DNA of 64,000 nt, from assembly GCA_003151615.1 (NCBI GenBank), contig PLXZ01000001.1:3795-67794 (forward strand), in the 5' to 3' direction. The notes beneath the pieces are model-generated. The model had not been told where the DNA came from, did no database searches, and worked only from the letters and a program-made list of their open reading frames with translations. Of this stretch, positions 18,629 to 28,773 are shown one piece after another. The stretch comes from Candidatus Tayloriibacteriota bacterium. Its GTDB lineage: Bacteria > Patescibacteriota > Minisyncoccia > Phycocordibacterales > PALSA-1337. Position numbers and translations under genes: made by a program. Position 1 is the stretch's first letter. Each line of letters starts with the position of its first letter.

Positions 18629-19435
18629 TTAAACGCTGAAAAACTTTTTTGCGTTTTTGACAAGGGCTGAGAGGATAACTGAAGGGTCTTCGCCTTCCTT
18701 TTGGCGAATTTTAGCTATTTTCTTGGCCACTTCTATGACATATGCCGGTTCATTACGCTTGCCGCGATGCGGTGTTGGTGAGACAAACGGAGCATCAGTT
18801 TCGGACATAATCCGGTCAAGCGGAACCGTTTTGACGAGTTCATCGTAATCACGGACAAAAGTAATGACGCCGGTAAATGAAACGCTCCCTCCGGCATCAA
18901 TGATATTTTTCAAATCAACCGCTGTTCCCGCGAAAAAATGAAAATCAAAAGGGACTTTGGCATGTTCCCTCAAAATTGCAACTGCTTCTTCGTAGGCATT
19001 TCCGGTGGCTCCGGCAATGCCGGTTTTTTTGGCATTGCGCACGTGGAGCATAAGAGGTTTTTTGACTTCGTTGGCGAGCTTGATGTGTTGTATGAAAATT
19101 TCGCGCTGGCGGCCGGCGTCAAAGGGCGCATGAAAATAATCCAGACCGCATTCGCCGATGGCGACGACTTTCGGATGAAGCGCGAGCTTTTTGAAGGCGT
19201 CATAATCAAAAATAGCGCCGATATTCGATTCATTTGCGTCGACCGGGTGCAATCCAACCACAGCCCACATGTTTTCGTGTTTCTCGGCAAGAGCGATGGC
19301 TTTGGTCGAAGATTCGAGGTCGGTGCCGACTGTGATTACGCCGACATCGGCATCGCGTGCGCGGGAAATCGCTTCTTCCCTATCGGCATCATAATCTGGA
19401 AAATAAACGTGGCTGTGGATGTCTATGTATTTCAT
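18629..19435 (-). CDS. tatD: TatD family deoxyribonuclease
   Basis: IDIHSH, GLHP, AIGECGLDY, ETDAPF..P.PHRGKRNEP. Confidence 0.95.
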   Translation of the reverse strand: MKYIDIHSHVYFPDYDADREEAISRARDADVGVITVGTDLESSTKAIALAEKHENMWAVVGLHPVDANESNIGAIFDYDAFKKLALHPKVVAIGECGLDYFHAPFDAGRQREIFIQHIKLANEVKKPLMLHVRNAKKTGIAGATGNAYEEAVAILREHAKVPFDFHFFAGTAVDLKNIIDAGGSVSFTGVITFVRDYDELVKTVPLDRIMSETDAPFVSPTPHRGKRNEPAYVIEVAKKIAKIRQKEGEDPSVILSALVKNAKKFFSV

Positions 19436-20877
19436 TATTTACGCATGAAAAGCGGAGCGACGAGCACGATATCGCGAACGGCAAGGGCGATTTTTTCCGA
19501 AGTCTCCGGCATGATTGGTGCAAGAATAGCGCCAATACCGGCTACTTCGCCCAACAGATAAGAAATATCGGCTTTGCCCGCGGCCGGATCCGTTTTCACT
19601 TTCTTGAACGGCTCGTTTTCCTGGACAAATTTGTCGGCGGCGGCGATTTTTTTCCAAATTTCGTCGCAGACTTTGTTAAGCTCAAACTTTTCGTAGTATT
19701 CTGAAAAAAGTGAAACCATGCCTGAAACATTTGTCTTTTCGCCGGCACCGTCAGGCAAGGAAACCCCGTTTGTCTGGGCCATTTTAATGACGCGGGAAAC
19801 CAGATTGCCGAGGCCGTTGGCCAGATTGGCATTGTAGGCCTCCTTGAATTTTTCCATAGTGAAATCGCTGTCCTCAAACGGATGAATATGCCGCGCGAGA
19901 TAATAGCGCAGAGCATCGGTGCCGTATTCAGCGACCACAGCCAAAGGATCCACGACATTGCCCAGGCTTTTGCTCATTTTCTGGCCGTCGCTTGTGATGA
20001 AACCGTGAATAACAATGCCTCGCGAAGGTTCGCCCGCGCCTGCTGACATGAGCATAGCTTGCCACATCGCTGCCTGCTGACGAATCTGGTCCTTGCCGGC
20101 AAACTGCAAGACCGGCCAGTAGCGTTCGAAACTTTTCATGTCGATCGGCCATCCAATCGTCGAAATATAATTGACGAAAGCATCGAACCAGACATACATT
20201 ACATGATCGGAATCATCAGGGACATCGACACCCCAGGGCATTTTGCTTTTCAGGCGGGAAATGCTGAAATCCTCGAGTCCCCTTTCGACAAAAGCCTTGA
20301 TTTCGTTGAAACGAAAATCGGGGACGACCAAGTCCGGACGCTTTGCGTACAAATCAAGCAGCGGTTTTTGATATTTTGAAAATTTGAAGAAATAATTTTC
20401 CTCGTCGATCACTTCAATGGCCAAATTCGGATGGATTGGACATTTTCCGTCGACAAGTTCCGAATCGGTTTTTTCTAACTCGCAGCCAACACAGTATTTG
20501 ACCTGATAATTTTTTTTGTAAATGTCACCTGCTTTCAAACAGCGTCTCCAAAATTCCTGGACGGCGGCCTTATGCTTTGGATCCGTCGTACGAATAAAAT
20601 GAATGTCGGACGACAAACCGAGCGGTTCGCGCAAGTTCCTGAATTTTTCAGCATACATGTCGACATACGCCTGCGGGTCCATTTTCTGGTCGAGGGCATT
20701 GCGGTAAATTTTAATGCCATGCTCGTCGGAACCGGTGCTGAAAAAAACGTCGAAGCCCATGGCTTTTTTATAGCGCGCGAAAATATCCGCCTGAACGATT
20801 TCAAGGGCAAAACCGATATGCGGATCGGCATTCACGTACGGAATGGTCGTTGTTATGTAGAAAGGCTTTTTTTCCAT
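19435..20877 (-). CDS. metG: Methionine--tRNA ligase (short form without the C-terminal tRNA-binding domain)
   Basis: YITTTIPYVNADPHIG, GSDEHG, YVWFDA, KMSKSLGN. Confidence 0.97.
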   Translation of the reverse strand: MEKKPFYITTTIPYVNADPHIGFALEIVQADIFARYKKAMGFDVFFSTGSDEHGIKIYRNALDQKMDPQAYVDMYAEKFRNLREPLGLSSDIHFIRTTDPKHKAAVQEFWRRCLKAGDIYKKNYQVKYCVGCELEKTDSELVDGKCPIHPNLAIEVIDEENYFFKFSKYQKPLLDLYAKRPDLVVPDFRFNEIKAFVERGLEDFSISRLKSKMPWGVDVPDDSDHVMYVWFDAFVNYISTIGWPIDMKSFERYWPVLQFAGKDQIRQQAAMWQAMLMSAGAGEPSRGIVIHGFITSDGQKMSKSLGNVVDPLAVVAEYGTDALRYYLARHIHPFEDSDFTMEKFKEAYNANLANGLGNLVSRVIKMAQTNGVSLPDGAGEKTNVSGMVSLFSEYYEKFELNKVCDEIWKKIAAADKFVQENEPFKKVKTDPAAGKADISYLLGEVAGIGAILAPIMPETSEKIALAVRDIVLVAPLFMRK

Positions 20878-20892
20878 AATGCGCAGAGTCGA

Positions 20893-21936
20893 TTAGGCCG
20901 TCGGAACGTGCTTGCCCTTTTCGACATCATGAACAAATTCCATGAGGGCGGCGGCAATCGGAACGGCAAGAATAGCGCCCAAGACGCCCGCCAATTTCAA
21001 GCCGATAACGATTGCGAGAATGACCAGAATCGGCGAAATGCCGACGATTTTTTTGACCACGAGAGGATAGAGCAAATTATTTTCAAACTGATGGATGATG
21101 AGGTAGAGACCCGCAATGACAAGGGCTTTGGTGAAACCGCTGGCGCCGAATACCAAAAGTACGGCCGGAATGGCGGAAAGAATCGGACCGAAAACGGGAA
21201 TGATTTCAAACGCTCCGGCAATGAAGGCCAAAAGAAGCGCGTGCTGGACCTGCAAAATCATCAAACCAAGATATACCAAAACGCCGATCATGACGCCCAG
21301 AAGAAGCTGGCCCTGAAGCCAATGGCCGATCTTGCTTTGCGAACGTTTCCAGAGATCCGTGACATAGGCATGGCTTTTGACCGGACTTATGAGGCGCAGA
21401 AAGTTGCCGACTCCGTCTTCCTGCACGGCGAGATAAAACGACAATACAATGATAAGGAAAAGCGACAGTGCTCCTCCGAATAAAACGCTGGCCGCCTGGA
21501 ACGCACCGCCCGTGCTTCCGGAAATAAAACCGCGCAGGCCATTGACCGCATCCTGCAATGAGAACGAGGAGCTTGTCAGGAAACCGCTGTCCTTCAGAGG
21601 GTTCCAGAAATCGGAAAGATTGATGGTCGCCGGAATATTATTAAGGAAATTCAGAAGTTGGGTGACGAGCGACGGCACGAAGAAAATGAAAAAAGAAGCA
21701 AGTATCAATATAAGAACAATATAGACGAAAACAGTCGCGGGCAGGCGTTTTATTTTGTATTTGCCGAACCATTTTATCGCAGGTTCGATAGCGGAAGCGA
21801 TGACAACAGCCGCGAGCACCACTACAACAATGTCACGGATATAATAGAGAAAAAGGAGCAGGACGACAAAAAGAATGCCCCGAATGATGGAACCCGATGT
21901 AATGCTTATGTATACTTTGCCATTTTCCTTGTTCAC
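20893..21936 (-). CDS. AI-2E family transporter (PerM-like)
   Basis: Multi-TM; W..GQL, IPVFGP, HQFENNLLYP..., GVLGAILAVP. Confidence 0.9.
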   Translation of the reverse strand: MNKENGKVYISITSGSIIRGILFVVLLLFLYYIRDIVVVVLAAVVIASAIEPAIKWFGKYKIKRLPATVFVYIVLILILASFFIFFVPSLVTQLLNFLNNIPATINLSDFWNPLKDSGFLTSSSFSLQDAVNGLRGFISGSTGGAFQAASVLFGGALSLFLIIVLSFYLAVQEDGVGNFLRLISPVKSHAYVTDLWKRSQSKIGHWLQGQLLLGVMIGVLVYLGLMILQVQHALLLAFIAGAFEIIPVFGPILSAIPAVLLVFGASGFTKALVIAGLYLIIHQFENNLLYPLVVKKIVGISPILVILAIVIGLKLAGVLGAILAVPIAAALMEFVHDVEKGKHVPTA

Positions 21937-23198
21937 AAATGCAGTATAGCACGCAGGTCCTCTTCTTTGAAGCGTCCAACGAGGGCCAGATTCAGCCGTT
22001 CATTGGTGAAAATGTTGTTGGCGATTTTTTGGATGTTTTCGGCAGTTACGGCTTCTATTTGGGCGGTGAGTTCGTCGGGATTTTTTACCTGCTTCTTCAT
22101 TATTTCCTGGCCCGCGCAGAATTCAGCGCGTGAATCGGAAGATTCGAGGGAAAGCATGAGCGAACCCTTGAAATGGTCTTTTACTTTACGCAGTTCTTCT
22201 GGTGAAATTTTTTCTTCTTTCAATTTCCTGAATTCGCCGAGAATCGCCGCGATGACTTCAGCCACGCGCGAATTATCGACTCCGGTCGATACCGCAAAGA
22301 CACCGTGATCCGTGGAAGGGTCATTATCCGCGCTGACATAATAGCCGACACCCATTTCATCGCGAAGTTTCTGGAAAAGGCGCGAGCTCATGCCTCCGCC
22401 GAGGATATCCGCGAGCACGCTGAGCGTCGGAGTTTCCGGAGAAAGAATCGGGAATGACCGAACGCCTAAAACAAGATGTGTCTGGTCAGTTTCCTTGAAG
22501 TGGGCTTTTATAGCAGGCTCTTTTTGCGATTCGGATACCGATGTCTTCCCCGCTTTCGGGGTCTGCGGCAGATTTGCAAATGTTTTTTCGATTTTCGCAA
22601 TCGTTTCAGCTTCGTCAAAATCTCCTGCCACGACAACAACCGTCGCATCGGCTACATAATGCTGTCCACGATATTTCAAAAAATCAGCACGCGAAAAACC
22701 TTTTACATTTGCCTCCGTTCCGGCAATGTTCCATCCGGCAGGCTGATCTCCATAGAGAAGTTCAATGAACAGGTTTTGGACATGACGCTGAGGCATGTCC
22801 TGATACATGCGAATTTCTTCGACGATAACACCTTTTTCTTTCGAGATTTCGGCTTCATCAAAAAGTGGATTCAAATACATGTCAGAAACAACGTCGAGGG
22901 CCGTATCTAATTTACGCGCATCCACTTTCGCATAGTAACCGGTATATTCCTGACCCGTAAAAGCGTTATATTGAGCGCCAATTGAATCAAGCTCGCGCGA
23001 AATGTCGATGGCTTTCGGCCTCCGAGGCGTGCCTTTGAAGACCATGTGCTCGAGAAAATGCGAGATGCCGTTGGAGGACTTATCCTCGTATTTCGAGCCG
23101 GTTTCAACCATGACCAAAACCGTCACCGCCGGATTATCCTTCATCGGTATCGTTATGACGCGCAAGCCGCTTTTTAAAGTCGTTTTTTTGAATTGCAT
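21933..23198 (-). CDS. M16 family zinc peptidase
   Basis: GISHFLEHM (HxxEH), NAFTG.E.T.Y, LGGGMSSRLFQ.LR; likely start MQFKK at 23198. Confidence 0.93.
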   Translation of the reverse strand: MQFKKTTLKSGLRVITIPMKDNPAVTVLVMVETGSKYEDKSSNGISHFLEHMVFKGTPRRPKAIDISRELDSIGAQYNAFTGQEYTGYYAKVDARKLDTALDVVSDMYLNPLFDEAEISKEKGVIVEEIRMYQDMPQRHVQNLFIELLYGDQPAGWNIAGTEANVKGFSRADFLKYRGQHYVADATVVVVAGDFDEAETIAKIEKTFANLPQTPKAGKTSVSESQKEPAIKAHFKETDQTHLVLGVRSFPILSPETPTLSVLADILGGGMSSRLFQKLRDEMGVGYYVSADNDPSTDHGVFAVSTGVDNSRVAEVIAAILGEFRKLKEEKISPEELRKVKDHFKGSLMLSLESSDSRAEFCAGQEIMKKQVKNPDELTAQIEAVTAENIQKIANNIFTNERLNLALVGRFKEEDLRAILHL

Positions 23199-23316
23199 AA
23201 TGTGTTTTTTATTTTTGAGACGTTTGTGCGCGCCATTATGCGCTCCCATGTTGCCTGATTGTAGCAAATTATGGCTTAAATAGAAAATTGAACAAAATTT
23301 TAACTTTTCTTTATCA

Positions 23317-23330
23317 GAATTTCATAACCG
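23317..23330 (+). promoter_or_regulatory. 14-bp motif GAATTTCATAACCG upstream of the MazF-like gene
   Basis: Identical to 15169-15182; followed by TGGTACAGT. Confidence 0.5.
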
Positions 23331-23348
23331 GTCTGGTACAGTGAAAAT

Positions 23349-23777
23349 ATGTCACCCGAATATATAAAAAGCTTTGACGTATGGAATGAGAAAATGAAAC
23401 TGCTCGAAAAAAGAATCCTGCCGGATGATTTCTTTTTCTTAGAAGGAGAAATTTGGTGGGTAGCCCTCGGGGTCAATATAGGTCATGAAATAGACGGCAA
23501 AAATGATATGTTTGAAAGACCTGTCGTTGTGCTGAAAAGAATTACAGACGATCTATTATGGGCCATACCAATTACGAGCACCATCAAATCAAGTGTTGAT
23601 TTTCAATTGATGAAACACTCGGGTAAACAACAAACGATTCTTGTATCTCAAATAAAATTAATAAGTAATAAGCGTCTATTACGACTCATCTTCAGAATGA
23701 AACAAAGCGAATTTTCTCTCATAAAAGAGAGTATAATTGATAAGGTTTCCTGCATAAAAACGATTCCCTCCGATTAA
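23349..23777 (+). CDS. PemK/MazF-family toxin-like endoribonuclease with no adjacent protein antitoxin
   Basis: GEIWWVALG.NIG.EIDGK...RPVVVL..., IPITS, SQIK.IS.KRL; AT-rich. Confidence 0.8.
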   Translation: MSPEYIKSFDVWNEKMKLLEKRILPDDFFFLEGEIWWVALGVNIGHEIDGKNDMFERPVVVLKRITDDLLWAIPITSTIKSSVDFQLMKHSGKQQTILVSQIKLISNKRLLRLIFRMKQSEFSLIKESIIDKVSCIKTIPSD

Positions 23778-23787
23778 GGAGGGAATC
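23756..23787 (-). terminator. Hairpin over the toxin stop codon, with a U-tract on the minus strand
   Basis: GATTCCCTCC / GGAGGGAATC arms (23762-23787); A-run at 23756-23760. Confidence 0.65.
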
Positions 23788-23868
23788 TCGATGGACGTAA
23801 CCGTAGTGTGAGTCTATTGTACCTTTCAGAAAAATAATTGCAAGACTTTACAAGATTGAAAAAATAAA

Positions 23869-24048
23869 TTATTTCGAAAATTCTGTAAGTGCGCGCATGA
23901 GCGGAACACCGAGGGAAATGGCAAGCAAAGAGAAACTTGCAGCCCATCCATATGAACATATTCCCGAAGCATTCGCGACCAAGATTCCCGCTGCGACTAT
24001 CGAAACCGTCCAAACAAACAGCAACATTTTTCTTCGTGTTAATTTCAT
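23869..24048 (-). CDS. Small 59-aa two-TM membrane protein (not in the ORF track)
   Basis: ATG 24048 MKLTRRKMLLFVWTVSIVAAGILV...LLAISLGVPLMRALTEFSK stop; starts 21 bp after the GlyRS stop. Confidence 0.5.
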   Translation of the reverse strand: MKLTRRKMLLFVWTVSIVAAGILVANASGICSYGWAASFSLLAISLGVPLMRALTEFSK

Positions 24049-24068
24049 TTTATTTTTTGGCTACATTT

Positions 24069-25484
24069 TTATAACTTAATCCTCTTTAACAGATCCTTGA
24101 TCGCCACCCTCTCCTGTTTGCCGAAGTCGCGGTCACGGACAGTTACCGTCGGTCCAGTTTTTTCGTCAACTTTTTCAATGGTTTCGAAGTCGACGGTGAC
24201 GCAATACGGCGTACCGATTTCGTCCTGGCGGCGGTAGCGCTTGCCGATATTGCCGTTGTCGTCGAACTCAATACCGTGGATGCCGATTGCACCGAGCTCT
24301 TTTTTGAGCATTGCGTAAATTTCGCGGGCTTTTTCGACGAGCACTGGCTTGTTTTTGAGCAAAGGAAAAACGGCAACTTTTATCGGCGCGACTTTCGGAG
24401 AAAATTTCAGATAGACGCGGGTTTCTTCCGTTGCCGCTTCGCCATCCTTTCCGACTTCACCTTTTATTATCTCTTCATGATATGCATCCGACAAAATAGC
24501 CAAAACGGTACGGTCGACGCCGAATGAAGGCTCGATGCAGTGCGGAATAAAACGCTCCTTTGTTTCTTCATCAAAATATGAAAGATCAGTGCCGGAAGCG
24601 GTCGAATGCTGGCGCAGGTCGAAATCGGTGCGATATGCGAGACCGTAGAGTTCCTTGCGGCCGAACGGGTAATCGAACTCAAAATCGATGGTGCGCTTTG
24701 AATAATGAGCTCGGTCGCCGTCGGCTACTTCCAATTCGTGGACTTTCGCCTTCGGGAGACCAAGGTCCTGCTCCGTAAAATCATGCATTTGCTCGCGAAA
24801 ATGATTGAAGACGTATTTCCAGCCGCCTTCCTTGTCCGCGTCAACGTTCGGATTGACGAAATATTCGATTTCCATCTGCTCCAGTTCGCGCAAACGGAAA
24901 ATGAAATCGCGCGGAGCAATTTCATTTCGGAAAGCTTTTCCAATCTGCGCCAAACCGAACGGCAGTTTTGGATGAAGCGAATCGAGCACATTTTTATAAT
25001 TCACGAACATGCCTTGCGCCGTTTCCGGACGCAAATATGAAATTGCTTCGTCCCCTTCCGACGCACCTACATGCGTTTTGAACATCATGTTGAACTGCTT
25101 CTCCGGACCAAGCTCGCCGCCGCAATCGGGGCATTTCTTGCTGCCGTCCTTTCCTGCCTCAATATGATCCGAACGAAAACGATGATGACATTTCTTGCAC
25201 TCGACGAGAGGGTCGGAGAAACCGCCGACATGTCCGCTCGCCTTCCAGACATTCTGATTCATTAGAATTGCGGCGTCGACGCCGTACATGTCCTCGCGGT
25301 CCTCGACAAAACGCTTCCACCACAATGTCTTGATGTTATTTTTGAGGGCGACGCCGAGAGGGCCGAAGTCGTACGTGCCAGCCAAGCCGCCGTAAATTTC
25401 GGAACCTTGATAGATGAAACCGCGGCGCTTTGCGAGCGACACTATTTTTTCCATCACGTCTGTGTTTTTTTCTGTGGTTTTCAT
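24069..25484 (-). CDS. glyQS: Glycine--tRNA ligase (homodimeric alpha2 type)
   Basis: KRRGF....EIYGG, LRPETAQG, GKAFRNEI, IEPSFGVDR, IGKRYRRQDEIGTP. Confidence 0.97.
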   Translation of the reverse strand: MKTTEKNTDVMEKIVSLAKRRGFIYQGSEIYGGLAGTYDFGPLGVALKNNIKTLWWKRFVEDREDMYGVDAAILMNQNVWKASGHVGGFSDPLVECKKCHHRFRSDHIEAGKDGSKKCPDCGGELGPEKQFNMMFKTHVGASEGDEAISYLRPETAQGMFVNYKNVLDSLHPKLPFGLAQIGKAFRNEIAPRDFIFRLRELEQMEIEYFVNPNVDADKEGGWKYVFNHFREQMHDFTEQDLGLPKAKVHELEVADGDRAHYSKRTIDFEFDYPFGRKELYGLAYRTDFDLRQHSTASGTDLSYFDEETKERFIPHCIEPSFGVDRTVLAILSDAYHEEIIKGEVGKDGEAATEETRVYLKFSPKVAPIKVAVFPLLKNKPVLVEKAREIYAMLKKELGAIGIHGIEFDDNGNIGKRYRRQDEIGTPYCVTVDFETIEKVDEKTGPTVTVRDRDFGKQERVAIKDLLKRIKL

Positions 25485-25508
25485 ATGTTTAGTTTCGCGC
25501 GCCTTTGC

Positions 25509-27464
25509 CTACTGCCCGACAATTTCATCGCCGGCGACGAACGTCGGATCGGTGCTGAAGCTCGTGGTCATCTGTTCAATTGTGCTCTGCAAATTAGCTC
25601 CCGTAAAGTCGTCGCGCGCCGTCAGCGTCGCCTGCCCTACTGTCGTCGGCGTCTGGCCGACGAAATTGACGCCCGGATTGACCCCAATCTGGAAATCAAC
25701 CTGCTGTTGGTTCGCACTGCTGCCCGTCTGTGCCTGTAGATTACCAAGATTCCAGGTGATTTGTCCATTGACCGGGTTATAGGTGATATTTGCCGTGGAA
25801 GGACTGATTTGTCCGAGCCAGCCGACGTACGGAGGCAATGTTGCGCTGACGGTGACGCCATCAACGGTCGAAGAAGTATTGTAGACAGTCCATATGACCG
25901 TGTACGTCGTCGTGGCCTGGGCTTTCGGAGGTATTGGACCGCTGTTGGCGAAAGGTCCCGTCGAACGAACAAGGCTTCCCGCCAATTGAATATTGGACGA
26001 AACCTGCACCTGACGCTGTACGGTCGAATCCACTTCCTCAGGCACATTTGTTTGCGAAATGCGGTTGGCTTTCGCGGACACGGCAACCATAATGTTCGGA
26101 TCGTTTATGGGATTTGCCTGAGTGCTCAAATTTCGCGGAGTGAAAGAGAAAGAAAGCGTCCCGCCGGCGCCGGCCGCAATGGAAGCAAGTTCCGGATTGG
26201 TAACCGTATTCCAGACGATCTCCTTATTTGTCGAATCATAATATCCCTGATTCGGATTTACCGAAGCGAGATCAAATGCATTGCCTGAAAGCTTCACGTC
26301 AACTTCGCCGTTAATGACCGCGTCGGAAGTATTGTTGAAATAGGAGACGGTCGCCGAAACAGGTTTGTTGAAAGATCCGACGTACGGACCGGTGCTGTTG
26401 TCGTTGCCCAAACTGAGAGCAAGAGAGACGAACGGCTGGGCGATTGCAACCTGCTGTGTCGTCGAAATATATTGGGTGCTGATGGTTTGCCGGGAAATAT
26501 TGGTTGATGCGTCGGAAGCAGGCACTCCGACATTGAATGAAAAGGTGCTGGTCGCCGCGTTTTGTCCCTGAAGCGTTCCTTTTATATGTATCGTGGCCGA
26601 TCCCCCGGGCGCGATGTTGCCGATATTCCAGATTGAATTGGCGCTGTCGACCGGAGCCGGCGTTGCGGAAGTGAATGTGTAGCCGAACGGATAGACTGCC
26701 TGCAGTAAAAGATCGTTGAGCGTTTCCTTCGAATTCGAAGAGACCTTGACGTCCATTTCGAAAGCTTGTCCCGAAGTGACTTGCGTAAACGAGTCGACGG
26801 AGACCGCCAGAGGCGAAGATGTTATGAGAAGGTTAAAGGCTTCCTGTTTTGAAAAAGTGGCATTCGATCCCGCGACCCGGTAATTGACCGTGACCTCGAC
26901 TGTTTTCTGGCTGTTGGTCTCTCCGAAAAATACGGCATTGATTGCCTGCTGTCCGATGCCGCCCGGCGCAATGTCGGGCAAGGTCTGCTGAAGCTCCTTC
27001 AGCTGTTCGGTCGGATTATTCGGATTTGCCGTTCCCGAAGGAAAATCGACAGTGACATCGACGACTTGAAGGGCGACGCTGTTTTTATTCTGAATCTGAA
27101 CCGTGAAATTTTCCGGAGTTCCCCCTTCCACCGATACCGGACCGGCGAGATTAATGGCAATGTTGTCGGCAGAGACGATGTCATTTCCCTTCAGCACCAA
27201 GTAGACTCCGGCCGAAACGCAGACAATGAAAAAGACCACCGAAGCGATGAGCACTTTCTTGAAAAAAGACATGCCAGGCTTTTTGTATCTCTCATTAAGC
27301 CCTTCCTCATCGCCAAAATCGTCGGCGGGATGCTGCCAGTCGGACTGGACCTCATATTGTTCGGGCTTCAGGCGAAGATGATGTCCGGCATGGACATCCG
27401 GCGCGTTTCGGGAATAAAGGTTTTCCTGCAGTTCATCTATTTTACTTTCCTCGCCATTATTCAT
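25509..27464 (-). CDS. Membrane-anchored protein with multiple extracellular Ig-like domains
   Basis: Likely start MNNGEES at 27464; single TM then beta-rich repeats (W.IGNIAPG, GPIPPKA...TYTV.W). Confidence 0.75.
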   Translation of the reverse strand: MNNGEESKIDELQENLYSRNAPDVHAGHHLRLKPEQYEVQSDWQHPADDFGDEEGLNERYKKPGMSFFKKVLIASVVFFIVCVSAGVYLVLKGNDIVSADNIAINLAGPVSVEGGTPENFTVQIQNKNSVALQVVDVTVDFPSGTANPNNPTEQLKELQQTLPDIAPGGIGQQAINAVFFGETNSQKTVEVTVNYRVAGSNATFSKQEAFNLLITSSPLAVSVDSFTQVTSGQAFEMDVKVSSNSKETLNDLLLQAVYPFGYTFTSATPAPVDSANSIWNIGNIAPGGSATIHIKGTLQGQNAATSTFSFNVGVPASDASTNISRQTISTQYISTTQQVAIAQPFVSLALSLGNDNSTGPYVGSFNKPVSATVSYFNNTSDAVINGEVDVKLSGNAFDLASVNPNQGYYDSTNKEIVWNTVTNPELASIAAGAGGTLSFSFTPRNLSTQANPINDPNIMVAVSAKANRISQTNVPEEVDSTVQRQVQVSSNIQLAGSLVRSTGPFANSGPIPPKAQATTTYTVIWTVYNTSSTVDGVTVSATLPPYVGWLGQISPSTANITYNPVNGQITWNLGNLQAQTGSSANQQQVDFQIGVNPGVNFVGQTPTTVGQATLTARDDFTGANLQSTIEQMTTSFSTDPTFVAGDEIVGQ

Positions 27465-27483
27465 GGAAAATAGTATAACACGT

Positions 27484-28761
27484 TTATTCGCCGGTGATTT
27501 TCGTAATATCCCGAGGAAAAAACACCGCGAGACTCCATTCAAACATGATGCGAACGCGCTTTTTGAAGGAGGCGAATTTAAAAAGATACACCGTGCGCCA
27601 GAGCCACCAGGTCAACCGTCCGCTGATTTTAAGCGAGAAAATTTCGCCGATTGCGAACCATTGGCCGAGCGAAACCATGCTGCCTTTTGAATTGTAAATA
27701 AATCCTGAAAGCGGTCTGCCGGCAATTGAAGCGAGAAGATTGCTCGCCACGACTTTCGCCTGATTTTCGGCGACTTGGGCAAGCATTGGAACGGGAGTCG
27801 GATATCCCGCGGCGTCGCCAAGGACAAAAATAGTATTGAAAGTATTCGAAGCGGATGCGTCCGTCAAAACAAAATGATTGTCCACGGTCATTCGGCCTTT
27901 TACAAGAACAGGCTGCGTTCCCTCAAATTTTGGAATGATGGCCTTCACGCCGGCGGACCAGATAACGGTTGCGGCGGGAATGCTTATGTTGCCGGAAAGC
28001 GTCAAGCCGTCAGCCGAAACGGACGTGACCGAAGAATTCATGTGAAGCGCGACGCCTTCCTTTTGAAGATGCTTCATCGCGGTCTTGCGCAATTTTGGCG
28101 CAAACATTTGAAGAAGTTCCGGACCGGTGTCGACGATTGAAATTTGAACTTCGTCGGCGGGCCAGTTCATTTCGCGATAGTAACGCTTGGCAATGGCTTC
28201 GGCAAATTCGGAAAGTTCAGCAGCCATTTCAACGCCGGTTGCTCCCCCGCCGACAACGGCAAATGAAAGCAGCCGCGCGCGTTCCGCCGGATCATTCGAC
28301 AAAGCCGCTTTTTCAAAAGAATCAATCACGCGTGAACGGATCCGCGCGGCGTCAAGAAGATTTTTGAGCGGGAGCGAAAATTTTTCAGCTCCGGAGATGC
28401 CGTAATAATTCGTTTCGGCTCCGGTGGCAATGACGAGATAGTCATACAAAATCGGAGTCCCGGAAATAGTTGCGGTTTTTTTGGCGGCATCAATCGAATC
28501 GATATTCCCTTGGATGACCTGAACATTTGTTTTATGGAAAACTTCGCGGAGAGGCTCGGCGACCGATCCGGGCGTCAATGCTCCCGTCGCCACTTCATGC
28601 AAAAGAGGCGTAAAGAGAAAATAGTTTGTGCGATTGACGATTGTCAGGTCAATTTTCCCGGCGCGGACCTGCTTGAGCAAGCGCTTCGCGACGTACACCC
28701 CGCCGAAACCGGCGCCGAGAATGAGAATATGGGGTTTTGACTGCGGCATTTCTTTTGACAT
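27484..28761 (-). CDS. ndh: Type II NADH dehydrogenase (FAD-dependent oxidoreductase)
   Basis: ILGAGFGG, FTPLLHEVATG, YDYLVIATG, VVGGGATGVEMAAEL, FVLGD, W.LWR..YL. Confidence 0.9.
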   Translation of the reverse strand: MSKEMPQSKPHILILGAGFGGVYVAKRLLKQVRAGKIDLTIVNRTNYFLFTPLLHEVATGALTPGSVAEPLREVFHKTNVQVIQGNIDSIDAAKKTATISGTPILYDYLVIATGAETNYYGISGAEKFSLPLKNLLDAARIRSRVIDSFEKAALSNDPAERARLLSFAVVGGGATGVEMAAELSEFAEAIAKRYYREMNWPADEVQISIVDTGPELLQMFAPKLRKTAMKHLQKEGVALHMNSSVTSVSADGLTLSGNISIPAATVIWSAGVKAIIPKFEGTQPVLVKGRMTVDNHFVLTDASASNTFNTIFVLGDAAGYPTPVPMLAQVAENQAKVVASNLLASIAGRPLSGFIYNSKGSMVSLGQWFAIGEIFSLKISGRLTWWLWRTVYLFKFASFKKRVRIMFEWSLAVFFPRDITKITGE

Positions 28762-28773
28762 GCGAACAGTGTA

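Noticed and set aside
23869-24048. Small ORF as the antitoxin of the MazF-like gene
   Set aside because: It is hydrophobic with two TM segments, convergent with the toxin and linked to the GlyRS gene, unlike MazE-type antitoxins.
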